The position numbers and the translations under genes are program-made. A stretch of DNA of 64,000 nucleotides, taken from an uncultured delta proteobacterium. Lineage in GTDB: Bacteria > Myxococcota_A > Polyangia > Polyangiales > JAFGIB01. The stretch covers positions 768,001 to 832,000 of the forward strand of contig CAVZVA010000010.1 in the NCBI GenBank assembly GCA_963778655.1. Direction: 5' to 3'. This document shows positions 29,003 through 38,120 of this stretch, piece after piece. Numbering within the stretch: position 1 is the stretch's first letter; each line of letters begins with the position of its first letter. A model generated the notes under the pieces. That model saw nothing but the letters and a program-made list of their open reading frames with translations. It was not told the DNA's origin and did not search any database.

Positions 29003-30481
29003 ATGAACCATATTGCGATGCCAGGCGTGAGTGCGATGAGCGCGTATGTGCCCCCGTTTCGGGTGCGGCTCCAGGATTGGTGCGAGTGGACCGGTAACTC
29101 CTGGGACAAGATCCAGGTCGTGGTGGGGCGCAGCTTTCGCGTGCCCGGCCGCCACGAGAACGTGTACACGATGGCGGCCAACGCCGTGCTGCGGCTGATC
29201 CGCCAGAACCATATCGACCCGCAGCTGGTCGGTTTTCTGGGCTTCGGCACGGAATCGAGCACCGACAACGCGGCCGGTGCAGTGATCGTGCGCGGCATGG
29301 TGGACCGCGGGCTCGAGGCGCTCGGCTACCCCCGGCTCTCGCGCCACTGCGAGGTGCCCGAGTTCAAGCACGCGTGCCTGGGCGGCGTGTACGCGCTCAA
29401 GGCCGCCGTGCGCTACGTGAGCTGCGACGCTGGAGACAAGCTGGCGATCGTGGTGTGCGGCGACGTGGCGGAATACCAGCGCGGCAGCACCGGCGAGCAG
29501 ACGCAGGGCGCGGGCGCGGTCGCGATGCTGGTTACGCGCGAGGCCAAGCTGTTCGAGGTCGACCTGGCGCACTCCGGCAGCGCCTCGGACTACCGCGGCC
29601 CCGACTTTCGCAAGCCGTTCGCGCGGCACTTCCACGAGGCGTACGCGCCCGGCGTACAGCGCATGAGCGACTTCCCGGTGTTCAGCGGCAAGTACTCGAC
29701 GTATTCGTACCTGGACGAGACGGTGCAGGCGGTCGAGGAGATGCTGCGCAAGCTCAACGTCTCGGGCGGGCGCTACTACAACAGCGTGCACAGCCTGTTC
29801 TTCCACCGGCCTTACGAGATGATGCCAGTGCAGGCGATGAGCTTTCTGTACGTGCGCGGGATGGCGCGCGGCGATCACTATCAGGAGGAGCTGCAGGCGT
29901 TGTGCAGCGAGGCCGGCGTGTCCTGCGACGACATCGTCAAGGAGGCGTTGTCGACGCCCGACTTGTTCGCGCGCGTGTCGGCCGAGGGCGCGGAGGTCGG
30001 CGATCCGTACAAGGCGACCAGCGCGGTCGCGGCGGTGGTGCGCAAGAAGCCGCAGTTCCGCGAGCTGCTGGCGCGCAAGCTGTGCCTGGGTGCCCACGTG
30101 GTGCGCGATCTCGGCAATCTCTATTCGGCGGCGCTGCCGGTGTGGCTGGCCGCCGGCTTCGAGGAGGGCGCCGAACAGGGGCTCGAGCTCACCGCGCGAC
30201 CAATGGTGGCGGTCGGCTACGGCAGCGGCGACGCGGCCGAGGCGATTCCGATCACGCCGGTGGCCGGCTGGGAGCAGGCGGCGCGTCAGATCGCGCTCAA
30301 GCAGGCCCTGTCGAGCCCGATCGATCTGCGCCGGGACCAGTATGAAGCGCTGCACGACGGCCGCGCGGTGCCCGGCCTGGAGTACGCGCCGCGCAGCGAG
30401 TTCATCATTACCCACGTGGGCAATCGCTACGAAGCGAGCTTCCAGGATCTGGGCGTGGAGTACTACAAGTACGTCAGCTGA
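29003..30481 (+). CDS. Hydroxymethylglutaryl-CoA synthase family protein
   Basis: GTESSTD, EFKHACLGG (catalytic Cys), GEQTQGAGAVAML, FHRPY, GNLYSAAL, GYGSG. Confidence 0.88.
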   Translation: MNHIAMPGVSAMSAYVPPFRVRLQDWCEWTGNSWDKIQVVVGRSFRVPGRHENVYTMAANAVLRLIRQNHIDPQLVGFLGFGTESSTDNAAGAVIVRGMVDRGLEALGYPRLSRHCEVPEFKHACLGGVYALKAAVRYVSCDAGDKLAIVVCGDVAEYQRGSTGEQTQGAGAVAMLVTREAKLFEVDLAHSGSASDYRGPDFRKPFARHFHEAYAPGVQRMSDFPVFSGKYSTYSYLDETVQAVEEMLRKLNVSGGRYYNSVHSLFFHRPYEMMPVQAMSFLYVRGMARGDHYQEELQALCSEAGVSCDDIVKEALSTPDLFARVSAEGAEVGDPYKATSAVAAVVRKKPQFRELLARKLCLGAHVVRDLGNLYSAALPVWLAAGFEEGAEQGLELTARPMVAVGYGSGDAAEAIPITPVAGWEQAARQIALKQALSSPIDLRRDQYEALHDGRAVPGLEYAPRSEFIITHVGNRYEASFQDLGVEYYKYVS

Positions 30482-30605
30482 GAGCGTTGCCGTCCAGAAA
30501 CGTCCAGGAGCGGGTTACCTCCTCGGTCCGGCCCCGCGGGGGCGCTCGCTCCAGAGCGCTTCTGAACGGCAGCGCGCAATCGCGCGGGCGGCGACGGGAG
30601 CGAAA

Positions 30606-31105
30606 CGACCCGCGCGGGAGGGTGGGGCCCCAACGGCTTTGCCGGTGGGGCGGGAGGGTCGCGTGACCCGAGGCAGTGCGGCGCAAGCAAGGCGTGAGCG
30701 CAACGCAGTGGAGCGACCCGCGCGGGAGGGTGGGGCCCCAACGGCTTTGCCGGTGGGGCGGGAGGGTCGCGTGACCCGAGGCAGTGCGGCGCAAGCAAGG
30801 CGTGAGCGCAACGCAGTGGAGCGACCCGCGCGGGAGGGTGGGGCCCCAACGGCTTTGCCGGTGGGGCGGGAGGGTCGCGTGACCCGAGGCAGTGCGGCGC
30901 AAGCAAGGCGTGAGCGCAACGCAGTGGAGCGACCCGCGCGGGAGGGTGGGGCCCCAACGGCTTTGCCGGTGGGGCGGGAGGGTCGCGTGACCCGAGGCAG
31001 TGCGGCGCAAGCAAGGCGTGAGCGCAACGCAGTGGAGCGACCCGCGCGGGAGGGTGGGGCCCCAACGGCTTTGCCGGTGGGGCGGGAGGGTCGCGTGACC
31101 CTCCC
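30606..31105 (+). repeat. Tandem array of identical 108-bp units (4 full and 1 partial) built from family-A palindromes
   Basis: Units start at 30606, 30714, 30822, 30930 and 31038. The array ends in the hairpin GGGAGGGTCGCGTGACCCTCCC and lies between convergent genes. Confidence 0.95.
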
Positions 31106-31107
31106 GC

Positions 31108-32319
31108 TTACTGAGGCAGGCGTAGGACGCGCTTGCTGATGATGTTGCGCTGGATCTCGGAGGTACCGCCGTAGATGGTGGTGGCCTTGGCCGCGAGCCA
31201 GCCGCGGGTGAGCATCAGGTCGTCGCTGCCCAGTGACCCGCCGTCCCAGCCGAGCGCGTCGCTGCCGCGCAGCGACATCATCAGCTCGTCGCGGCGGTGT
31301 CCGAGCTCGCTGGTGTAGAGCTTGAAGATCGAGGTCTCGGGGCCCGGCGCGCCGGTTGCTTTGCGGCTCTCGGCCGCGCGCTGCACGGTCAGCGCCAGCG
31401 CCATCTCGTCGAGCAGCACGCGCGTGACCTGATCGCGCAACGCCGCGTCAGCGATGCGGCCGTCGCGCTCGCCGGCCGATTCCTTGGCCAGGTTGGCCAG
31501 CCGCGTGCCGCTGGCGCCGCCGCCGCGGCGTGCCGCCGCCGCGCCGCCGAGCCCGCCCGTGCCCATACCCGAACGCTCGAAGTTGAGCAGTGTCTTGGCC
31601 ACGGTCCAGCCGTTGTTGACGCCGCCGACCACGTTGCGCGCCTCGGCCTTGACCTCGGTGAAGAAGGTCTCGCAGAAGGGCGAGTTGCCGCTGATCAGGC
31701 GGATCGGTTTGACCTCGATGCCCGGCGTCTTCATGTCGACCAGGATGAAGGTGATGCCGTTGTGTTTGGTGGTCTCGTCGGTGCGCACGAGCATGAAGAT
31801 CCAGTTGGCGAACTGCGCGCCGCTGGTCCAGATCTTCGAGCCGTTGATGATGTAGTGCTCGCCGTCGGGCTCGAGCTTGGCCGCGGTGCGCAGCGAGGCC
31901 AGGTCGCTGCCGGCGCCCGGCTCGGAGAAGCCCTGGCACCAGCGGTGCTCGCCGCTGATGATCTTGGGCAGGTACTCGCGCTTCTGCGCCTCGCTGCCGT
32001 GGACCAGCAGCGTGGGGCCGATCATCGACAGCCCCATGCCCATCAGCGCCGGCGGCAGCTTGAGCCGGTTGAGCTCCTCCTGCAGCACGCGCGCTTGCTG
32101 CGGCGAGAGCCCGCCGCCGCCGAACTCGGTGGGCCAGGTGGGCGCGGTGAGCCCGCGCTCCACCATCAGCTCGAGGTAGCGCCGGCGGTCGGCACGCACT
32201 TCGGCGGCCTCTTCCTCGCCGCCCATCTCGGTCATCATGATCGGCCGGCCGTGCAGCGATTTGGGCACCTTGCCCAGGAAGCCGCGGATCTCGTTGCGGA
32301 AGGTTTCCAGCTCGCTCAT
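31108..32319 (-). CDS. Acyl-CoA dehydrogenase
   Basis: WCQGFSEPGAGSDLASL, INGSKIWTS, TIYGGTSEIQRNII. Confidence 0.95.
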   Translation of the reverse strand: MSELETFRNEIRGFLGKVPKSLHGRPIMMTEMGGEEEAAEVRADRRRYLELMVERGLTAPTWPTEFGGGGLSPQQARVLQEELNRLKLPPALMGMGLSMIGPTLLVHGSEAQKREYLPKIISGEHRWCQGFSEPGAGSDLASLRTAAKLEPDGEHYIINGSKIWTSGAQFANWIFMLVRTDETTKHNGITFILVDMKTPGIEVKPIRLISGNSPFCETFFTEVKAEARNVVGGVNNGWTVAKTLLNFERSGMGTGGLGGAAAARRGGGASGTRLANLAKESAGERDGRIADAALRDQVTRVLLDEMALALTVQRAAESRKATGAPGPETSIFKLYTSELGHRRDELMMSLRGSDALGWDGGSLGSDDLMLTRGWLAAKATTIYGGTSEIQRNIISKRVLRLPQ

Positions 32320-32660
32320 GTGCACCCTCGGCTCGCCGCGCCCCCGGGCACGGGCATCTTCAAATCACCTGCTTTGCTGGTACCGCTGCCCCGGCCCGAA
32401 TTCAAGGCCCGGCGCGGCCGATCGAGCCGGCTCAGGCCGGGAGCCGGGGCGGTTGTTTGGGACGCCACCGCGTAGAAGCGCTTGGCATCCTCCCCCAGCC
32501 AGCGCAGGCGCTGGCTGGGGCTCAGCGCGAGCCACGCGCGCCGCAGCTGCTTCGGTGCTCTTGCCAGGCCCTGGCGCTGGTGTCCTCAGGCCTCCTGATC
32601 CTCGCGCGGGGTAGCGCCCGCAATCCGCCGCGACGCGGCGGGTCGACCCCAGCCGTGAAG

Positions 32661-33152
32661 TCAGGGACGGCCCCTTTGCTCGAGCGCCACGAACTGCAGG
32701 CCGAGGCCGGCGAGCTGGCGGTAGTCGGCCTCGCTGCCGTCCACCTCGAAGCCCATGAACTTGGCCAGCCCGCGCGCGGCCTTGGGGTTGCGCTGTGCGT
32801 AGCGCGCCATCAGCTCGCCGCCCTGCTCCGCCGACAGCGCGCGCGCATGGACCTCGAGCTTGCGGCTGCCCACCTCGATGCGGGTGTCGGGATGACGCTG
32901 CAGGTTCTTGAACCAATGCGAGTGCGGGCCGAAGCCGACCGCGACGTAATAGGTGTCGGTCTGCCGATCGTGGTCGACCACCTCGAGCACGTTCTTGCGG
33001 GGCAGCCCGGTCTTGGCGCCTTTGTGGTGCAAGAGCAGGAAGCGTTGCCCCAGCAGCCCGCCGAGCCCAATGCCGTAGAGCGCGATCGGCGCGCGCAGAA
33101 ACCACCGCAACAGCGGCCCGGGAGGCGTTCGCGAGCGTAACTTTCGTGCCAT
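32661..33152 (-). CDS. Deazaflavin (F420)-dependent nitroreductase-family oxidoreductase (Ddn-like)
   Basis: LLLHHKGAKTGLPRKNVL, SHWFKNLQRHP. Confidence 0.85.
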   Translation of the reverse strand: MARKLRSRTPPGPLLRWFLRAPIALYGIGLGGLLGQRFLLLHHKGAKTGLPRKNVLEVVDHDRQTDTYYVAVGFGPHSHWFKNLQRHPDTRIEVGSRKLEVHARALSAEQGGELMARYAQRNPKAARGLAKFMGFEVDGSEADYRQLAGLGLQFVALEQRGRP

Positions 33153-33174
33153 CGACCTGATAGGTTACCGGGCC

Positions 33175-33885
33175 ATGCCACATCGGGCCAATCCTCGTGT
33201 CAAGTGTATGATTTGCGGCAAAGAGACGCTGGCGAGCGCGTGCGTGAGCGCGGACGCGCTGCGCGGCTCGCTCGCCGAGCACATCAAGCAAGAGCACCCG
33301 GACACGTTCGATCCGGCGGGTCGGGTGTGCTTCTCATGTCTGAACCAAGCCCGCAGCACGCAGCTGCTCGCAGAGCTGGAGCGCGAGCGCGGCGAGCTGA
33401 CCGCGATCGAAGAGGAGGTGTCGCGCAAGGCGACCGAGCACATCGCCATCACCGAGCACATCGACGCGCAGTTCGAAAGCAAGCTGACCTTCGGGCAGCG
33501 CGTCGCCGATCAGGTGGCCGCGGTCGGCGGCTCGTGGGGATTTCTGATCAGCTTCGCGTTGGTGCTGACCTCATGGATCGCGCTCAACTCCGCGCTGCTG
33601 CGCGCGCACGCGTTCGACCCCTTCCCCTACATCCTGCTCAACCTCGTGCTGTCGTGCCTGGCCGCGGTGCAGGCGCCGGTCATCATGATGAGCCAAAACC
33701 GCGCTGCCGCGCGCGACCGGCTCGAGGCGGACGAGGACTACAAGGTCAACCTCAAGGCCGAGCTCGAGATCGCCACCCTGCACCAGAAGGTCGATCACCT
33801 CTTGCACGTGCAGTGGGAGCGCATGGTGGAGATCCAGAAGACCCAGCTGGAGCTGCTCAACGAGCTGCTGGCGCGGCGCCCGTAG
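33175..33885 (+). CDS. DUF1003 membrane protein
   Basis: LTFGQRVADQVAAVGGSW, FDPFPYILLNLVLS, QAPVIMMSQNR, DYKVNLKAELEI. Confidence 0.93.
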   Translation: MPHRANPRVKCMICGKETLASACVSADALRGSLAEHIKQEHPDTFDPAGRVCFSCLNQARSTQLLAELERERGELTAIEEEVSRKATEHIAITEHIDAQFESKLTFGQRVADQVAAVGGSWGFLISFALVLTSWIALNSALLRAHAFDPFPYILLNLVLSCLAAVQAPVIMMSQNRAAARDRLEADEDYKVNLKAELEIATLHQKVDHLLHVQWERMVEIQKTQLELLNELLARRP

Positions 33886-33963
33886 CGCGGCGCTTGTCGT
33901 GCCGCAGGCCGCGACACGGCAGCTGGCTATCGGTCCGGCTCGGCGCCGTGCTACCGTGGCGCC

Positions 33964-34896
33964 ATGGTCGAGGGGGGTGGAACACGAGCGGCGTCGCTGC
34001 CGCCGGGCGCGCGCTGTGCGGTCCATCCAGAGCGCGAGGCGCGCACCACCTGCCCTCGTTGCGGCAGCTACTGCTGCGAGAGTTGCGTCGCGGCGTCGGG
34101 CCGCTGCCACGACTGCGACGCGCGCGCGGGCGTCGCGGCGTTTCCCTTCGATCGCCGGCACTTTGCCTTTGGCGGGCTGTTCGACTATGCGCTCGCGCGC
34201 TGGAAGCAGTGCTGGCTGCCCCTGGGGCTTTCGCTGGTCGCGTTCATGGTGGTGGTGTACGCGGTGGCGCTGGGTGCAGGCTTCGCGCTGGGTACCTTTC
34301 CGCCTCGGCACGCCACGGTCTCGCCCGTGTTCGGGCCGCGTTTCTGGGTGGGCCAGATCATCCAGCTGCTGGTCCAGGTCGCGCTCGAGCTGCCCCTGCT
34401 GGGGCTGTACCTCGACGTCGCGGCGGGCAAGCCGCCCGCGCTCGAGCCGGCCCTGCGCAGGCTGCGACGCCTGCCGCAGGCCTTGCTGCAAGTCGTGATC
34501 ATGACCATGGCCTTCATGCTGTACGCGGCGGTGATCGGCGGTGCGGCGTTTGGGCTGGCCCGCCTGGCCGGCATGACCGCGAGCGGGCGCAATGGGGTGA
34601 TCGCCATCGCCGCGTTCATCGGCGCGGTCCCCGCCGTGTACCTCGGGATTGGCCTCATGTTCGCCCTGCTGGCTCTGCTCGACGACCCGAGCGCGACTGC
34701 GGTCTCTGCGCTGCGCACGTCGCTTCAGCTGGTGTCGGGCCAGCGCCTGCGCGTGCTGGGCATCAGCCTGCTGACGTTTGCGCTCGGCGGCGCGGGCTTT
34801 CTGGCCTGCTGTGTCGGAGGCCTCGCCAGCGCGCCGCTCTCAGGCGTGCTGTTCAGCACGCTGTTTCTGGCGCTGCGCAACGACGCTGCACGCTAA
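33964..34896 (+). CDS. Membrane protein with an N-terminal B-box-like zinc finger
   Basis: CAVHPER..CPRCGSYCCESC..CHDC followed by about 5-6 TM helices. Confidence 0.7.
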   Translation: MVEGGGTRAASLPPGARCAVHPEREARTTCPRCGSYCCESCVAASGRCHDCDARAGVAAFPFDRRHFAFGGLFDYALARWKQCWLPLGLSLVAFMVVVYAVALGAGFALGTFPPRHATVSPVFGPRFWVGQIIQLLVQVALELPLLGLYLDVAAGKPPALEPALRRLRRLPQALLQVVIMTMAFMLYAAVIGGAAFGLARLAGMTASGRNGVIAIAAFIGAVPAVYLGIGLMFALLALLDDPSATAVSALRTSLQLVSGQRLRVLGISLLTFALGGAGFLACCVGGLASAPLSGVLFSTLFLALRNDAAR

Positions 34897-35741
34897 GCTT
34901 CGCCCTGCAGGGCGCGGCGCATGGCCTGCAGCGGGGCGGGGCGGCCGGTCCAGCGTTCGAAGGCGAGCGCGCCCTGGTGCAGCAGCATGCCGAGGCCGTC
35001 GATGCTGCGCAGGCCGAGCCCCCGCGCGCGCTGCAGCAGCGCCGTGTCGCGCGGCTTGTAGACCAGGTCGCAGACCGCGGCCGAGCCGGGCAGCAGCTGC
35101 AGCGGCAGCGCGGCGGCGAAGGCTTGCGCAGCGGGGTTACTGGCCAGCGTGGCGCTGGTGGCCTGCACCAGCAGGGCGCAGCCAGCGAGCGCCGGCTGCA
35201 GCCCGGCGGCGAGATCGCAGGCCGCCAGCGCGCAGCTCGGGCAGTGCGCCGCCAGCTCGCCCGCCAGCGCCTGGGCCTGCTCTGGGCGCCGCGCCGCCAG
35301 CGTGATGCGCGCCGCGCCCGCAGCCGCCAGCCCGACTACCGCCGCGCGCGCCGCGCCGCCTGCGCCCAGCACCACCACCTGGGCGTCCTGCAACGCCACG
35401 CCGGCCTCGCGCAGCGCGCGCGCCAGACCCTCGGCGTCGGTGTTGGCGCCGAGCAGGCGCTCGCCGTCGCGCAGCACGGTGTTGACCGCGCCGATTGCGC
35501 GCGCGGCGGGCTCGAGCTCGGAGAGCAGCGGCATGATCGCGCTCTTGTGCGGCAGCGTGACGTTGACGCCGGCGATGCCCAACGCGCGCAGCGCGTCCAC
35601 CGCGCGCGCCAGGCGATCGGGCGGCACCGCGTAGGGCACGTAGAGCGCGTCGATGCCGCGCGCGGCGAAGGCGGCGTTGTGCATCGCGGGCGAGCGTGAG
35701 TGCGCCACCGGCCAGCCCAGCACGCCGTAGATAGCGCTCAC
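34893..35741 (-). CDS. aroE: Shikimate dehydrogenase
   Basis: GWPVAHSRSPAMHN, NVTLPHK, GAVNT, NTDAEG, LGAGGAARA, DLVYKP, GLGMLLHQG. Confidence 0.96.
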   Translation of the reverse strand: MSAIYGVLGWPVAHSRSPAMHNAAFAARGIDALYVPYAVPPDRLARAVDALRALGIAGVNVTLPHKSAIMPLLSELEPAARAIGAVNTVLRDGERLLGANTDAEGLARALREAGVALQDAQVVVLGAGGAARAAVVGLAAAGAARITLAARRPEQAQALAGELAAHCPSCALAACDLAAGLQPALAGCALLVQATSATLASNPAAQAFAAALPLQLLPGSAAVCDLVYKPRDTALLQRARGLGLRSIDGLGMLLHQGALAFERWTGRPAPLQAMRRALQGEA

Positions 35742-37105
35742 TTCTCCACCCGTGCGCGCAGCTCGCCCTCGTGCAGGCGCAGCCGCAGCGCGTCGCCTTC
35801 GGCCGCGTCCGCGGCGCGCAGCAGCGCGCGGCCGCTGCCCTCGTGCAGCGCGATCGCGTAGCCGCGCGCCAGCACCGACAGCGGCGAGAGCGCCTGCAGG
35901 CGCGCGGCGTTCTGCGAGAGCCGCGCGCGCCGGCCCGCGCTCAACGTGCTGCCCTGGGCGAGCAGCCGCGCGCGCAACCCGTGCAGCCGCGCGCGGTCCT
36001 GCGCGCACAACAGCCGCGGGTCGCGGCGCGACAGCCGCTCGAGCAAGCCGGCAAGCTGCTGGCGCCGTGCGCGCAGGCGCGCGCGCCCCAGCTGCTCCAG
36101 CCGCCCGCGGGCGGCCGCCAGGCGCGCACGCGTGCCGCGCAGCGAGACGCGCGGGTCGTGCAGGCCGCGGCCAAGCCGCTCCAGCCGCAGCCGGGCGCGC
36201 TGCACCCGCACCTCCAGCGCACGCTCGAGCGCGCGTCCGTGCGCGGATAGCTCGCTCTGCAATGCGCGCCGGTCGGGCACGCACAGCTCGGCGGCGTTGC
36301 TCGGCGTCGAGGCGCGCAGGTCCGCGACCAGGTCGGCCAGGGTCACGTCGATCTCGTGTCCGACCGCGCTCACCACCGGCACGCGGCAGGCGGCGATCGC
36401 GCGCGCCACGCGCTCGTCGTTGAACGCGAACAGGTCTTCGGCCGCCCCGCCGCCGCGGCCCACGATCACGGCATCGAGCTCGGGCACCCGCTGGATCGCC
36501 TGCAGCGCCGCGACGATCGACGCCGGCGCGTCGCGGCCCTGCACCAGGCAGGGCGAGACCACGATGCGCAGCGGGCAGCGCTCGCCGGCCACGCGCACGA
36601 TGTCGTGCAGCGCCGCGCCGTGCTCGCTGGTCACCACTCCGAGCACGCGCGGCAGCTGCGGCAGCGCGCGCTTGCGCTCGGGCGCCAGCAGCCCCTGCGC
36701 CTCGAGCTTGGCGCGCAGCGCCTCGAACTGCGCCTGCAGCTCGCCCAGGCCTTGCGGCAGGGCGATGCGCGCGATCAGCTGGAAGCCGCCGCGCGGCTCG
36801 AACAGGCTGAGCGTGCCGCGCAGCTTGACGCGCGCGCCGTCCTGCAGCTTGGCCTTGCTGCGGCGCGCGTCGCTGCGGAACATCACCCCGCGCAGTTGCG
36901 CGTGCTCCTGCTCGTCGTTGAGCGTGAAGTATACGTGGCCCGAGCCGGCGTGGGTCACGTCCGAGAGCTCGCCCATCGCCCACACGTCCGCCCAGCGCTC
37001 CTCGAGCAGGATGCGCACCATGCGGTTGAGCTGGCCGACGCGGTAGACGCGCTCCTCGGCGCCGCCGTCCCTCCCGTCGCGATCGAACAGCGGCAGCGTC
37101 GACAT
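35738..37105 (-). CDS. xseA: Exodeoxyribonuclease VII large subunit
   Basis: SGHVYFTLND, GAALHDI, RGGGAAEDL, VSAVGHEID, RASTPSNAAE, LSPLSVLARGY. Confidence 0.96.
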   Translation of the reverse strand: MSTLPLFDRDGRDGGAEERVYRVGQLNRMVRILLEERWADVWAMGELSDVTHAGSGHVYFTLNDEQEHAQLRGVMFRSDARRSKAKLQDGARVKLRGTLSLFEPRGGFQLIARIALPQGLGELQAQFEALRAKLEAQGLLAPERKRALPQLPRVLGVVTSEHGAALHDIVRVAGERCPLRIVVSPCLVQGRDAPASIVAALQAIQRVPELDAVIVGRGGGAAEDLFAFNDERVARAIAACRVPVVSAVGHEIDVTLADLVADLRASTPSNAAELCVPDRRALQSELSAHGRALERALEVRVQRARLRLERLGRGLHDPRVSLRGTRARLAAARGRLEQLGRARLRARRQQLAGLLERLSRRDPRLLCAQDRARLHGLRARLLAQGSTLSAGRRARLSQNAARLQALSPLSVLARGYAIALHEGSGRALLRAADAAEGDALRLRLHEGELRARVEK

Positions 37106-37157
37106 GCCGGGCACCGTATGCCAAGTTGTACGGCGTTTGAAGGCCAATGCATGGGAG

Positions 37158-38081
37158 GTGTCCGGCGACTCCGTGAACGGCCACGAGTACGTGCTCGGCC
37201 TGGGGGCGAACCTGGGCTCGCGGCAGGCGAGCCTGGCGGCCGCGCTCGATCTGATTGCAGCGCGCGACGACTGTCGGCTCGCGGGGGTGTCGGCGCTGTA
37301 CCAGAGCGAGCCGGTCGGTCCGCCACAACCTCATTATCTGAATGCCGCGGCGCGCGTGCACAGCGCGCTCGGGCCGCGCGCGCTGCTCGCGGTGTTGCTC
37401 GAGATCGAGCACGCGCTCGGGCGGCGGCGCGCCGAGCGCTGGGGGCCGCGCGTGATCGATCTCGATCTGCTGTGGGCTGGGACGCCGTTCGCCGACGTGG
37501 TGCTGCAGGTGCCGCACCCGCGCTTGGGCGAGCGCTGGTTTGCGCTGTTGCCGTTGCTCGAGGTGGCGCCCGAGCTCCAACCTCGTTACGGTGCCGCGCT
37601 GCGCGCGCTGCAAGCCCGCTGTCCCGAGCTGGGGGCCGGCACGCCGCGTCCGTTCGTGGGCCCGGGCTGGACGCTCGGCCCGCGCGTGCAGGTGCGCGGC
37701 GACACGCAGGGCCTGGAGCTGCACGCGCAGGCTGCGGACCGCGCCGAAGCGCTCGCGGCGGTGCTCGGCGCGCTGGGCGCCCGGCTGTGGCCGGATTTCG
37801 CGTGTGGGGCGATCGATGCGCCCGTCCTACTGTGCGCGCCTGCGGACGCCGCGCCGGCCGCGCTGGCCCGCGAAACGCTCGCACGCGCGGCGCGCGGTTT
37901 CGCGTTTGCGCGGGCGTGCGTGGCCACGCTCGGCCCCGAGCGCAGCGAGCTGCGGTTGCTGGGCCGGCAGCTCGCTTGCGGTGGCGCATGCTGGAGCCTG
38001 CTGGAGGCCTCGGAGGCGGCCTGCGGCGAGGGCTACGCGGTCGGCCTGAGGCTCGTGCGCGAGCCGCTGGAAGGCCGGTAA
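37158..38081 (+). CDS. folK: HPPK (2-amino-4-hydroxy-6-hydroxymethyldihydropteridine diphosphokinase) with an extra C-terminal domain
   Basis: LGLGANLG, YLNAA, RWGPRVIDLDLL, VPHPRL, plus about 140 extra C-terminal residues. Start approximate. Confidence 0.88.
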   Translation: MSGDSVNGHEYVLGLGANLGSRQASLAAALDLIAARDDCRLAGVSALYQSEPVGPPQPHYLNAAARVHSALGPRALLAVLLEIEHALGRRRAERWGPRVIDLDLLWAGTPFADVVLQVPHPRLGERWFALLPLLEVAPELQPRYGAALRALQARCPELGAGTPRPFVGPGWTLGPRVQVRGDTQGLELHAQAADRAEALAAVLGALGARLWPDFACGAIDAPVLLCAPADAAPAALARETLARAARGFAFARACVATLGPERSELRLLGRQLACGGACWSLLEASEAACGEGYAVGLRLVREPLEGR

Positions 38082-38120
38082 GATCTGGCTTTTTTCCCCG
38101 AGATCCCCGAAGGTTAAGCC

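Noticed and set aside
30606..31105. CRISPR array
   Set aside because: The units are fully identical with no unique spacers, the period is 108 bp, and no cas genes are present.
30090..31139. ORFs with 36-aa repeats across the tandem array
   Set aside because: They are by-products of a stop-free 108-bp DNA repeat and overlap real genes.
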